64,000 nt of DNA from Tubulanus polymorphus (taxonomy: Eukaryota > Animalia > Nemertea): positions 9,618,655 to 9,682,654 of the forward strand of contig NC_134033.1 in NCBI RefSeq assembly GCF_964204645.1, read 5' to 3'. Positions 1 to 12,653 of the stretch are shown here, piece by piece. A program made the translations under genes and the position numbers. Each line of letters begins with the position of its first letter. Position 1 is the stretch's first letter. Below the pieces are notes generated by a model that saw nothing but the letters and a program-made list of their open reading frames with translations, was not told the DNA's origin and did not search any database.

Positions 1-2045
1 ATTTAATCATAAACAATTATGTGATAATCGTGATTATTGTATATTAATTTTACCAAATGAAAAAGATAATAAATTAGAATTTAAAAAATATGATTACAAA
101 AATAGAATACCATTTGTTATATATGGAGATTTTGAATCACTAAATATGGAATTAACAGATCAAGATAGAAAAGAAATATATTATAAAAGAAAGAAATTAA
201 ATTCTAGTGTCATTGATTTTTCAGACCCGCCAAAAAATACTATTAAAAAGATTCATCAGTCAGCTGCAGCCTTTGGATTATATATTGTATCTGATTATCC
301 AGAACTAATTAAAAGTGACTATTATAATTATCGAGATGAAAATGTTATTAATCATTTTTGTGGCTTATTAATATGAAATAGAATTAAATGAATTGTTAAA
401 TGAAAATATAGAAATTATAATGACAGAAGAAAAATAAGAATTTGAGTTTGCAGATAAATGTTCTTATTGTGAAAAACTATTCAATTTTAAAGATAAAAAA
501 GTTAGAGATCATGATCATTTGAATGGAAAGTTTAGAGGCGCAGCGCATGAGAATTGTAACTTACAATCTAAAAAAAATCAATTTTGTTCCAGTTATATAT
601 CATAATTTATCAGGATATGATGCTCATTTATTTATCAAGCAACTATGTCATAAAATAGAAGAAATCAATAATGAAATAGGAAGATTAAATTCAGATGGAT
701 CAAAAGATGTTGCTAAAATACCATCTTATAAATTCAAAATTTTAGCTAAAACATCTAAGAATTATATATCTTTCCAATTTGGATGCTTAAGATTCATAGA
801 TTCTTATAGATTTTTCAGTAGTTCACTAGATAATTTATCAAAATCATTAGTTGATGATGAATTAAAAATAATAAAATAACATAATCCAAATATTGATGAT
901 TTTCAATTAATGAGATATAAAGGCGCAATTCCCTATTCATTTTATAACTCGCATAAAGATTTTAACATAACTGAATTATTAAAAGAACAATTAGAAAATG
1001 AATATGTTAAAGATGGAGTTTGAAATAGAACATTGAATATTTGGAATCATTTCAAAATAAAAAATCATGGAAAATTAGATTTATATTTAAAATTAGATGT
1101 ATTATTATTAACTGATATATTTGAAAGGTTTAGAGATGTGAATCTAAAATATTTTAATATTGTTCCATGTCATTGTTATTCTAGCCCAGGATTAACTTGG
1201 GATTGTGGTTTAAAATTTACAGATATAAAAATGGATTTATTAACAAATATTGATCAATTACTATTATTTGAAAAATCTATATGGGGAGGTGTTTCAGATG
1301 TATTAGGTGATAGATATTTCAATGTAAATGATAATCCTGGATATAAGTTATTATGGTTGGGCAATGATCGAACCACAACCTTATGGAGTATTTCAAATAA
1401 CTGAAATTTTACAAATTGTTAAATTTGATTGGAAGAAAAGAATTCTAGATATTGCAGATGATTCAGATACTGGTTACTTCTTCGTTGTAGACTTGGAATA
1501 CCCTGAACATAAGAAATTTAAATCTAGAACATAAAAAATTTACATCTAGAAGTCTAGCATACTATCCCGAACATAAAACTGTTACACATGAAGAATTATC
1601 AAATTATCAAAAAAGAATTAAACCGGATAAGAAGATTGATTTAATTATGTAGTACATTACCGGATGTTAAAATTTTATTTTAAGGAAACAAGGAATGATA
1701 TTTAAAAAAGTACATAGATATATCTCATTCAATCAATCTAAATGGTTAGAAAAATATATAGATTTTAACACCAAACAGAGAACTAAAGTTAAAGCTGATT
1801 TTGAGAAAGATTTCTTCAAGTTAATGAATAATGCATTTTATGGTAAGACTTGTGAAAATATTAGAAATAGAAATGATATTGAGTTAGTTAGTAATGGTGA
1901 AAGCATTAGACATTTACAAACATATCTTAAATTTATTGGTAACAGAATATTTGATGAAAATTTAGCTGCAGTTAAAATGAGGAGAACAAGTATGAAATTG
2001 AATAAACCTATTTATGTTGGAGCATCAGTTTTAGAAACATTTTAA
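1..2045 (+). pseudogene. polB: Protein-primed family B DNA polymerase (pPolB) of a Polinton/adintovirus-like element, copy A; frameshifted, starts before the window, 3'-truncated
   Basis: Motifs across frames: exonuclease YGDFESL, HNLSGYDAHLF, DSYRF, LDVLLLTDIFERFR; endonuclease VII-like DHDHLNGKFRGAAH; YGWAM; KLMNNAFYGKT. Ends at YVGASVLE before the DTDS motif. Colinear with 60400-62600. Confidence 0.93.
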
Positions 2046-2460
2046 TGAATATCAAAATAATTATCAAAAAGAAGGATATCAAACAGATTTTAATTTTAAA
2101 ATGAAACAATGTTTAAGATCTAAAGTATCAAATTTATTCAATAAAGATAATCCCTCAGAAACACTATCAAATTTATTAGACTGTTCAGATAAATTCTTAA
2201 AATCATGGATTATACATCAGTTCGATGATGAAATGAATATAGATAATTATGGTGAATACTTTCATATAGATCATGTATTACCAATATCTAAATTTGATAT
2301 GGATGAAGAATGATGATTATAATAAAGATTAATTTGGAATTGGAAAAATTGGAAGACCTTTAGAAAAAGTAGAAAATATTAGTCAAGGAAATAAACTAGA
2401 TTTACAATTATATATATAGATCAATTAAATAAAGCAAAGAAATTTATTGAATTATGGAAT
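2046..2460 (+). pseudogene. HNH-type endonuclease remnant (resembles NCLDV/prasinovirus 'endonuclease VII-like' proteins)
   Basis: ORF 2101-2313 ...LKSWIIHQFDDEMNIDNYGEYFHIDHVLPISKFD; after a stop/frameshift it continues WNWKN..PLEKVENISQGNK, matching the HIDH..P...N..PL...N..K pattern. Confidence 0.7.
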
Positions 2461-3452
2461 AGTTACCCAAATAATGAACCGTATACTGAGACTTTAATCA
2501 GCAATTAGAATAAGAACTCTAGTCGAGTCACGCATGTATATAGTTATTCATATAACTACATAGCAGATTAAAACATCTGTCACACGCTCACTCCACGGGA
2601 GTAATTAATTTGAATATTGATCGATCAAACAGATGTTGCCATTCAACGTTGTTATATTGAATAGCTAGCGGTTAGATATAAGCATGCAATAAATACGCAC
2701 AGGGTGTCTCTTCCGTGATTAATTTCAGTTTGTGAGGTAAGTTTAAGCAAAACCACCCGACCTGACTCGCCGAGTTTTTAGGGGATAAGCATTGAGAGGC
2801 GCCACGAGATACTTATCCCCAAGCATTTCTACTTACACCCCTGCAACCCACGCCTCACCAATTCTCCTTCAATGATTGACAGGAAACACATTATATTTAA
2901 GGCGCCTAATGCGTTTCCTATCAACCCCTTACCCTGAAAGGAGGATCGAAATTCGAAACTGAAGGAGAACTACGGAGAGTGGACAAAGGTGCATTTTCAA
3001 AATGCCCCTGCCAGCCAGGCCCGGCGACACTCCAGTAGTGAAATGAATTTCCTTATATACTTAGCTAAAACACCGAAGTCAATGTTACTGGTGTTTACTA
3101 AAGAAATACGAAATTATTTGAAATTATAAATTATTCCGAATGAAAAGAATATAAGAATGAATTATGGATTTTTGACTTAATTATGATCTAATTTTTAATT
3201 AAATTAATAATCAACTAACATAGATAATTTTAATTAAATTCAAATTCATTTCAGTATCTCACTCAGTGCTGCCATCTTTCAACGTGATAATTAAACGACT
3301 GTAAAAATGCAAATAGAAAATCTTAAATAATAAATAATTAGAAACGACTGTAATACAATATTCAAGTAAAAACTTCAAAATAAAAAGCAATAACTTAACT
3401 AACTATTATAATTATTACTATTCTATTAGAATTCTAATATTTCTAATTATTA

Positions 3453-3613
3453 ACTAGATTAAAAAGATTTTGATAAGATTTGAATAGAAATTACATATCT
3501 TTAACTAACTATTGAATTCTATTATATTTTTAATATATTCTTATTCAATTCTAATTAACACTAGATTAAATAGATTTTGATAAGAATTGAATAAAAATTA
3601 CATATCTTTAACT
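3453..3613. repeat. ~54-bp direct repeat pair (period ~107 bp) in AT-rich non-coding DNA of the Polinton-like element
   Basis: actagattaaa[a/t]agattttgataaga[t/a]ttgaata[g/a]aaattacatatctttaacta at ~3453 and ~3560. Confidence 0.8.
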
Positions 3614-3715
3614 AGCTATTCAAATCTAGTCAACAACTAGAATTCTTTAACTTAACTAGCTAGTATTAACCCAAAGAGTTACCAGTATTATTTTTTCACT
3701 TTTTTGCTAATATAA

Positions 3716-4290
3716 ATGTCAAAGAAATCGAGTAAGAATAATATTGATATTGAAAAAACATCAGATGATTTAGGTATTACCGATAATAATGATAATGTAG
3801 CAACTAATTGTGGTCAAGTTGATAATGATATTGATTACGAGTACTATTTGACATGTAAGCACCGTCTTGAGTTATTAATTGCTAGTGGTAAATGCAAAGA
3901 ATTCTTAGGTAAAATAATAGCTTTTCAAGAATAAGATAATATGAAATCAGATAAAGTAATAAAATATTTTAAAATATGTGAAGAAGCTAGATTAGCCCGA
4001 ATAAATAATTCTATTAGTGATGGTATTATAAAATGTTATTCTAAATTATGTAACCGGATAATACCAATTTATGATGAAAATAAATTATATAGTGATTTAA
4101 AAAATGATTACTTAGTTATAACGGAACTGCAAAAATGGGTTTGATATGCTTCATTTCAATTAGGTGGAATAATGACATTAATTTCTACTGGTGTAATAAC
4201 ATTTTCTAATATCAAACCTATAGTATATAAATCAGATAATATCGAAAGAGAAATCGAAACAGATATTAAATCAGAACAAAAATTAACTAA
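3716..4290 (+). pseudogene. Polinton-like hypothetical protein with C-terminal hydrophobic helix, in-frame stops
   Basis: ORFs 3716-3934 and 3941-4144 share a frame and continue YASFQLGGIMTLISTGVITFSNIK; same AT-rich codon usage and AAAATG context as neighbouring element genes. Confidence 0.6.
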
Positions 4291-4296
4291 AATAAA

Positions 4297-4643
4297 TGAG
4301 TGATGATATTAAGAAAAAGCCTAGATCTGAAACAAATTAAATGGGCAAGGGAGTTAGGTAAAAGATCTTCTGAGTTAAAAAGAGCCAAGAAAAAGAAATT
4401 AACTGATATAAATGAATCACAGAAATAATCTGTTATTAATTCGAATGATAATCCATCTAATTCTTCTAATACTGGAAGAAATAATAACTTATAATACATT
4501 ACAATTGGATTTATTGTAGTAATTATATTCTCTGGTGTAAATTTAACCATAATGATGATGATGATGATGAACCTATTATACCAGAAAATATATCAAATGA
4601 TAAAATCATTGAAAATAAATCTAGATTATTATTAATGGATTAA
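4297..4643 (+). pseudogene. Small basic Polinton-like protein, disrupted
   Basis: MSDDIKKKPRSE(K)QIKWARELGKRSSELKRAKKKK..., packed between the previous gene and the integrase. Confidence 0.45.
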
Positions 4644-4649
4644 AATATA

Positions 4650-5727
4650 ATGAAAAAAGAACAATATTTAAGAGATTTATATTATAACCCAGAGAGTGAA
4701 GTATCATATTCTAGTGTTTCAGAATTATGGGATAAAATAAAATTTGATAATGAAAATAAAAAATACAGTGAATCAAAATTATGGTTACAAAATCAACCAA
4801 CATATCAAATCCATAAGAAAATGGATAAAAATTATTTAACAAGAATAGTTATGGTGTCATATATTGATCAACAATGGCAAGCGGACTCAATTGATAAGAA
4901 AAACTTAGAAGAATACAATAAAGGATATTTCTGGATATTAAATGTTATAGATATATTCAGTAGATACACATGGAGTATTCCAATCAAATATAAAACTGGT
5001 ATAGAAGTAACAAATGCTTTTAAAAATATATTCAAAGAAGCTACCCCAGATAAGATACAATTTGATGAAGGTAAAGAATTTTATAATAAACATTTTTTAA
5101 AATTATCATCTGATAACGATGTAGAGAATTTTTCAATACAATCAGATAAAAAAGCATCTATCATAGAAAGATTTAATAAAACATTGAAATCTAGAATGTG
5201 GGAATATTTTACTGCTAATGAAACATATAAATATATCGATGTTTTAGATGATTTAGTGAAAGGTTATAATAATTCTAAACATATAAGTATTGGTATGAAA
5301 CCTATACAAGCTAGAAAATTAGAAAATTCAGAAATAGTATGGAATAATTCGTATGGAGCATTTGTTACACATCATTTTGGAGAACCTAAATTCAAAATAG
5401 GACAACATGTTAGAATTTCTAAATATAGATAAACATTTTATAAAGGTTATACTCCAAATTTTACTGAAGAAATATCTAAGATTAAAAAGATAATTTTAAC
5501 TAAACCACTTGTTTATAAATTAGAAGATTTCACAGATGAAGAAATATTAGGTTATTTTTATGAACAATAATTATCACATGTACCAAATCCAGATGATATA
5601 GAATACAAAACAGAAAAAGTGTTAAAAACAAAACATTACGTGGTAAGAAATATTCTTTGGTGAAATATAAAGGGTATGATGATAAATTTAATGAATGGAT
5701 TTTATCTGGTAAAATTAAAAGAATAAA
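4650..5727 (+). pseudogene. Polinton-type rve integrase with C-terminal chromodomain; premature stops
   Basis: WQAD..., VIDIFSRY, IQFDEGKEF, IERFNKTLK, YNNSKHISIGMKP, FKIGQHVRIS; past the stop at 5432 it reads KGYTPNFTEE...YSLVKYKGYDDKFNEWI (chromodomain). Confidence 0.92.
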
Positions 5728-6214
5728 TGAATGGCTCGATGGGGTTTCAAGTGGTGGCTTTTGAATACGTCCGACAAATAACAAACTCCGGATATCAAAT
5801 TGATGTTTCTTTATTCAACGGATTTTGGACGATTCAAATCTGTAAACAGATAATACAAACTTATAATATCTGAGCTATTGCTAGAATGCGCAATACAAAA
5901 TAAACCTTTATCTTGCATCATAATATTTCGCCTTAATTTAATGGCATTACTTCTCTATTTCACTGATTTATGTTATACTCTTATACTACGGAATATTCTC
6001 TTATGTTATTACACCATGATCTACTAAATTAACACTGCAAATAGTATAAAATACTCACTGAGTATGCCAGTAATTTAATATTTCCCCATCAACCATGTTG
6101 CAATATCTTAACGTGATTTCAAAATTATGAAACTAGTACATGAAACGTTGACAGCTTTGTCAAACCTCTGCGAACACAAAATGAAAACTCAAAACCCGAA
6201 AAGTTACCGATTCA
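5728..6214 (-). repeat. 3' LTR of BEL/Pao element 1
   Basis: Ends TGAAT...ATTCA (terminal inverted repeat); purine tract GGGAGAG immediately upstream on the minus strand. Confidence 0.7.
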
Positions 6215-6450
6215 CTCTCCCGGCCGCGAGATGCGGAACATTATTCTACAAAATTACCAAATAAATACATACATAAATTTTGATTCAATGAATCTTAAGC
6301 CTTCATAATGATCAATCTTAATCTTAGTTAATATCTAGTACAGAATATTTCAGATTATACAATAACAATATAGTATTTCAATCTCATGTTCAATTAAATG
6401 CACATTTAAATCCCATGTATACACCTCATGATACGACATTTCACTACTAA

Positions 6451-7356
6451 TTATTGTTCCTCCACGGGAAGTAATACAGCTATTCTAGTGATTGCACGCT
6501 GATACGATCCGGTCACGGTTTTTACTTCTACATTTCGAATAAGTCCATCATCGCTCGGAAATACATGTGATATTCGACCCTTACACCATTTACTACGGAT
6601 CGGATTCGGTTCATGGAGTAACACGATATCCCCCACTTTCACATCACGTTTCGCAGTATTCCATTTTCTCCGTGGAGCAAGATGAGGAAACACGTCTCGA
6701 TACCATTTTTTCCACCACGCATCAACGATTTTTTGACAATATTCTACGCGATGTCTCGGATTTCGCGTCTCGGCAAATGGACCATGCGGTGCGTCATCGG
6801 ATGCTCTGCCCAACGAAATTCCGTTCGGACAAATGTAACTGCCATCATTTGGATCACTGGAGTTCACTCCAATTGGCCGTTCGTTAACGAGATTTGCTAC
6901 TTCAAATATAATAGTTTGAAGTTCAAACGGCGCAAGTACTTGTTCTCCAATCACAATTTTCAAATTCCTTTTAACGGATTTCACCAACGCTTCAGCGCAA
7001 CCGTTCTGATGCGGCGCTAACGGTGTAATGAATTGCCACGAGATTTCGCGATTTGCGCACCAGACCCATATTTCCTTCTGTGCAGCTACTAGTTGAGACC
7101 CATTGTCGCTCAACATCGAATCCGGTTTTCCTCTTACAGATAGAAAACGTCGAAAGGTTTGAATAAATTCCTGTGCCGAGTAATCAAGCGCGATATCGCA
7201 ATACACTGCACGAGTCGCGAGACAGGTGAAAATAACACCCCAAACTTTCATTGTTGTCATTCGCTTGATTCGGACGTTAAACGGTCCAAAAAGATCGCAC
7301 GCGGTGTGTTGAAACGAAGGGCTCGGATTCAATCGAATACTCGGAAGGTCAGCCAT
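6451..7356 (-). CDS. BEL/Pao integrase core and C-terminal domain (open segment of pol)
   Basis: 301-aa ORF with DDE motifs and the Pao C-terminal VGDIVLL...W.KGRI...DGLIRNVEVKT. Confidence 0.9.
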   Translation of the reverse strand: MADLPSIRLNPSPSFQHTACDLFGPFNVRIKRMTTMKVWGVIFTCLATRAVYCDIALDYSAQEFIQTFRRFLSVRGKPDSMLSDNGSQLVAAQKEIWVWCANREISWQFITPLAPHQNGCAEALVKSVKRNLKIVIGEQVLAPFELQTIIFEVANLVNERPIGVNSSDPNDGSYICPNGISLGRASDDAPHGPFAETRNPRHRVEYCQKIVDAWWKKWYRDVFPHLAPRRKWNTAKRDVKVGDIVLLHEPNPIRSKWCKGRISHVFPSDDGLIRNVEVKTVTGSYQRAITRIAVLLPVEEQ

Positions 7357-9574
7357 CTACTGATCCTCCACTTTTGCACACATTTCACGACAAAATAAGC
7401 AACTGCGCACTACCGATTTAGCTAATCGATTCAACCCGATTATCCAGAATCCTCGTCGGACTTTCGCGGTAGTCACTGCAACTCCAGGATGACCATATCG
7501 ATGCTGATGTTCCCCGATAAGTTTCGATATGAAATGATCCTTTGGTAATAGAACGGGATGTTTCTGATCATAAGCTACATCAGCGTTTCCAAGTCGACCT
7601 CCCACTCGGATAATCCCTGCAGAATCTACAAACGGCGATAATTTCCGAAATTCCACTTCATATTTACGATTTCTAACTTCGGTTTGTGCCAATTTCACGA
7701 TTGTGCTTTTCGCGCACTTTAATTCGGCTGCAGTAACTTCTCCCGTTTGAATTTGTTCTTTCTTATTCCGAACTCTCGCCTGCAAATTTTTCACAAATCG
7801 AAGAACCATTGCAACGAGGCGTATCAGACGATTCAACATGCTAACTTTCTGCAACGCACTTATCTCAAATCTTGGTTTTATGACCATAACGCACCCTAGT
7901 TTTTGTTCGGAATCATCTATCTCGGTTGTTTCGGTAGGATACGACACTGGCCATACATCTTTCGGTTGACGCAGAAATTCTGGCCCACCAACCCAGCGAA
8001 CATCTAAATCGGCTCATTGATTCCACGGCTAATATCATCGGCCACATTCTCAGTCGACGGACAATGGCCGTAATAACTACGCTCAGTTTTAGACAGAATT
8101 TCTCCGATCCTATTCGCAACAAATGTTTTATATACCCACGAGTCATTCTGAATCCACGAGTAAGCAATCATCGAATCAGTGAAAATGTGAACGTTCTTGA
8201 TCTCAAGTCTCGATTCAACCTTGATAGTCTCATAAATTCTACAGCCCAATACCAATGATCGTAGTTCTTTTCGTGGAAGACTTATCGTACGAATAGGTGC
8301 AATCCTCGACTTCGCCAACGCAAACTTTATCTCCACCTTTCCATCTCCACATATCCAACGTAAATATGCAACACTCCCGAAAGCGACATTTGATGCATCA
8401 CAGAAAATGACAAGGTCTGGATCTGACGCCGCATTTGCCGGTGTTAGACATCGATCAAACTTCCGTGTTTCCAGCTTACGAATTTCCTCGATCCATCTTA
8501 ACCATTTGTCTTGCATCTTCTCTGGTATCGGTTGATCCCAATCAAGATTTTCTCGCCATAATTCCTGCAGTTCGATTTTCCTTTAACAATGACAGGCGCA
8601 CCAAATCCGAATACATCATAAATTCCTGATATAATCGCTGTTATACATCGTTTTGTGACACTGGATGGTATGGACATATGAATTGAGATCTTATCCTCGT
8701 CTCGATACCAAATGACTCCTAGCACTTTCTCAACGTTGTTTTCATTGTTGTCTTCATCCTCCCGGTCCGATAATGGTGCATTCGAGTATCAATGCTTGAT
8801 CTGGAAATATCCCGATTCCAAAATTTGATCGATCTCACATCTTCGTTTTTCTAAATCGAAAATGGTATTCACACTATCTGCAATGTCATCCATATATCGA
8901 CATTGCTTAATCGTTGCGACGGCATCTGGATACTGTGTTTTATATTGATCCGCAATCATATCCATTGCAATATTTGCGAGAGCTGGTGACGATACATCTC
9001 CAAATGTTAAGACCATCTTGACGTAAATATCTGGATCTCGATTCGACTCATAATTTCGCCATAAGAATCGATGCGTTTGAGTATCGATACCTGGGCTAAC
9101 GAGAACTTGATGGGACATCTTTTTGACATCTCCGACCAAAACATACTCTCTTTCACGCCAGCGAATCAACACTCCGAGTAAATTGTTGAGATTATCACCG
9201 CATTTACTCAAATAATCATTTATCACATGACCTCTGTAGTTCTCAGCTTGATTGAAAACCATACGGCACGGATGAGTTGGTTTATCTGGTCGAACTTCAG
9301 CATGGTGACTCATATAATGAACAGGCCCACGATAATTTTCGATTTCTTCAGCCGCCATTTTCTTTGCCGAACCGGACTTCACTAGTTGCTCAACTTGCTC
9401 ATTATAAATCTCAGCCAATTTCTGGGATTTCTGCAATCGTTGTTCCAAACCGCGCAATTTCGCTAACGCTTGATAATAATTATCTGGTAGCTGATTTGGA
9501 TCCTTTTTCCATGGTAACGGAATTTGCCACCGATTTCCGATTCGAATGGGGGACGAACGAAATATTTTGAACCT

Positions 9575-9993
9575 GGTAAAGGACATTCCAATTCATTTAA
9601 TATTAATTTTGTTTGAAAATATGTATGAAATCTTAAAAGTGATAATATTAATGGTAAACTTGGTTTATTCAAATGATCATTCCAACTTATACCACACCCT
9701 GCTGTTGCACAATAAACTGCAAAATTTAATTGGTTCTGCCAATACTTCATATTAGATTTTAATAACTATTGTTTTGCCTAATTCAAATTTTTAAAATTAA
9801 TTGTTTATACATGAAATATATTTTCCATTTTAACTTTAAAATTATAAGTTTCAGTAACATAAATATCTAAATTAATTAATGAATTTAAACTAAATTTTTA
9901 TATGAAATATTTTTATTAAAATCTAGAATATTATAATGCTGGAATATTATATTTAATTGATTTATTATATTGGAAAGCTTTTGGAAACCCCAT
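9575..9993 (-). pseudogene. Conserved Polinton-like hypothetical protein (WQNQLNFAVxCATxGCG family), truncated by the BEL junction
   Basis: MGFPKAFQYNK... start at 9993; ORF segment MKYWQNQLNFAVYCATAGCGISWNDHL...RFHTYFQTKLILNELECPLP. Confidence 0.65.
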
Positions 9994-10150
9994 TTATATA
10001 ATGAAAAAAATTAATAATTAATTAATTCTTTTATTAATTTATCTTGTTCTTCAATTGTTATATTACCATTTAAACTTATTATATAATCTAATGTATTTTT
10101 TAAATTTATTAATTTCTTATTAATTTCTACTTCAATATATTATGTTTAAT

Positions 10151-11331
10151 TTTTTAGCCCACGTGGGACTTTAGTCCCAGCGGGCTATTGCGTTCACTTT
10201 TCGTTCGTCGTCCGTCCGTCCATCCGTAGACAGAATCCAGTTATTTTGGGAAGTTTTGAAGACGCTTCAATGTAATGTCTTGATATTTGGGTTACACATG
10301 TATCTACCCTAGACACATCTTCAGCCCAAAAACTGGCCCTGTCAGATTCAAGATGGCCGACATTTTTGAACTTTTTTAGGGGAATTTTGACGACGCTTTC
10401 ATCAATCACCTTGATCTTTCGGATATATGTGAAACCCCCAGGGCCCACCATCATAACAAAAATTGTGTCGATCGGACTCAAGATGGCCGTCCTATGACCT
10501 TTTTAGTGGCCAAAAATGTCAATTTTGGCCCGAATTCTGAGTCCTGTAGCTTCCTACTGGTTTACCATTTCTCATTGCAATTTGTGATGGGTATTCTTTG
10601 GAAAGGGATGTTTTATACCTGATGCAGGTATTTTTCATATGCCAATTATGACGCAATTGGCGACCATCTTGGTGTCACCAGTACTCATTCGTAAGTGGGA
10701 AAAAGTTTTTCCACATTATATTGATACCTAAGCGTATTTTGTTGTGGTGATTTTCAAGGTCATTGGATTTTGTATATGGCCACCAGGGGGCGTTGAATAA
10801 TGCAATATCTTAGCATTTCTATATTATATTCGTACTTATGCATATTTTGTAACCACAATCAATTGGAACGTTGTAGCTCATGACATCGTCTATGATTGTG
10901 GTGAGTTTCAAGGACATTAGTTATTCTATATGGCCACTAGGGGGCGTTGAATAATAGAATAACTTAGTATTTCCTTATCATATTGGTACCTAGACATATT
11001 TTGTTACCATGATCGATTGCAAAGTTGTAGTTCATGACATGTTCTATGATTGTGGTAAGTTTCGAGGTTATTGGGTTTTGAATGTGGTCACCAGGGGGCG
11101 TTAAATAGTAGAATAACTTAGTATTTTCATATAAGATTGGTAACGAGGCATATTTTTTATCACAATCAATTACAAAATCGTAGCTGCTGACATGTTCTAT
11201 GATTGTGGTGAGTTTCAAGGTCATTGATTTTTGTATATGGTCACCAGGGGACGTTGAATATTGAAATTGTTAGATTGTTGAGCATTTGGAACCACTTCCC
11301 AAGTGGGCATGGTGTCCCTGGACCCCTAGTT
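10151..11331 (+). mobile_element. Non-autonomous Helentron-associated (DINE-1/HINE-like) element
   Basis: T-run flank, subterminal IR gcccac[g/t]tggg...cccaagtgggc, 5' palindrome gggactttagtccc, (GTCC)n microsatellite, internal ~150-bp tandem units, 3' hairpin gtccctggac. Splits a Polinton-like membrane-protein gene. Confidence 0.8.
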
Positions 11332-11637
11332 CTTTATTACTTTTTATTTTTAATTTAGAGCTAATACCTGTTAAAACACTTGAACTTATTCCTAGCACAC
11401 CAATTGATATAGCTTAAATGTTAGTTATAAAAAGTTTGGACCTACTGGTGCAAGGTAGGACCCCCCAAAACCTGAGGTCAAGTTGAGGTCACGCAACCAA
11501 AAAAGTCGCCGACAACCAGTACATACTGCCTGTGTGTCTAGAGTATATACAATCGCTTGTGAGCTCCCTATAGAGCATGCTGACTCAGTGTCAGCAGCCA
11601 GGCTCGACTAGTTTGCCATCTATCGGGGGTAAGGTGT

Positions 11638-11853
11638 TTATGGTGAAAATATTGCTACAAATGTTATCACCAAACTAATTGTAACCGAACCACTTATAAC
11701 AAAATAATATATAATTTTGCTTTTTAAATATTTTTTCTTTTTAACTTTTGAATCAATTTCAAATTCTAATATTTGTTTTTCTAAATATATTTCTAATTTT
11801 TTTTTATTGATATCATGAGAGATAATATCAATATTATCAACTTTATCATCCAT
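11638..11853 (-). pseudogene. Polinton-like two-TM protein, N-terminal part (duplicated at 13846-14061; continues at 11330-11420 and 10025-10150)
   Basis: Basic stretch then hydrophobic IIYYFVISGSVTISLVITFVAIFSP; after insertions continues GVLGISSSVLTGISSKLK...LKNTLDYIISLNGNITIEEQDKLIKEL. Confidence 0.55.
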
Positions 11854-12484
11854 TTATTTAACAAAAAATAATATATAAATATAGCTGCAAAGCAGCGATG
11901 ACGGGTTTTCTGTAAAGCCATTCAGAATGATGGGAATTGTAGTAAATTGAAATATCGATACATAGAATAAAATGCATTGACAGATTCGAACCTAATATGC
12001 AACCACTGTGTAAACGTCAAATATGATTCAGCTTTGAAACTGAACATACGCGGACGTACAATCACAAATATTAATATATTTGACCAGGCATTTATTTTGG
12101 CATTCAAACATCATGATACTGTATTATCAGCATCCTTAAAAATGGATCTGTCCTATTAAGAACTCATCTTAAGCACATGCTGAGCCGATAGATTGATTGA
12201 ATTCACAGATAAGAACGTATTATGATTTAGAATAGAATTAAGAAGTTAATGTTTTTGTTGAAATATTTGAATAAATACATATATTGTAGTGTAGATTCAA
12301 TCAATAAATTATGAATTGATTTGGTCTGGGTTTCCGGCTGATGTTGATTTTGGCTTTTATGGATTACAAATTCTATAGTGATAACTAATTGATACCTGCA
12401 ACATGTGTGTAAATCAAACCTATTCCACAAGTTGCGTGTGTTTCCTAATAAACGGGAGAGTCACTCTTGATCTTGAGTTATTAG

Positions 12485-12653
12485 AACTAGGGGTCCAGGG
12501 ACACCATGCCCACTTGGGAAGTGGTTCCAAATGCTCAACAATCTAACAATTCAGGTATCAAAGGTATAAAACATCCCTTTTCAAAGAATACCCATCACAA
12601 ACTGCAATGAGAAATGGCCAATTCAGAATTCGGGCCAAAATTGACATTTTTGG
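12485..12653 (-). mobile_element. Internally deleted copy of the HINE-like element (duplicated at 14693-14861)
   Basis: Reverse complement of the 3' end and internal pieces of 10151-11331. Confidence 0.8.

Larger units (their letters stand above)
5728..9575 (-). mobile_element. BEL/Pao LTR retrotransposon 1, 5'-truncated (RT, RNase H/peptidase A17 region, integrase, 3' LTR)
   Basis: RT: YMSHHAEVRPDK, GDVKKM, LTFGDVSSP, YMDD (8789-9550). RNase H: FCDASNVAFG, FTDS, NVAD. Integrase: DLFGPF, SDNGSQL, HQNGCAEALVKSVK (6451-7356). Order RT-RH-INT. Confidence 0.95.

Noticed and set aside
1-5727. Bacterial or phage contamination suggested by intronless AT-rich genes
   Set aside because: The genes are Polinton-type, decayed, and interleaved with metazoan retrotransposons and a spliced host gene.
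6567-9570. Plus-strand ORFs over BEL element 1 (and similarly at 50958-55166 and 45634-48428)
   Set aside because: Antisense shadows of retroelement coding sequence.
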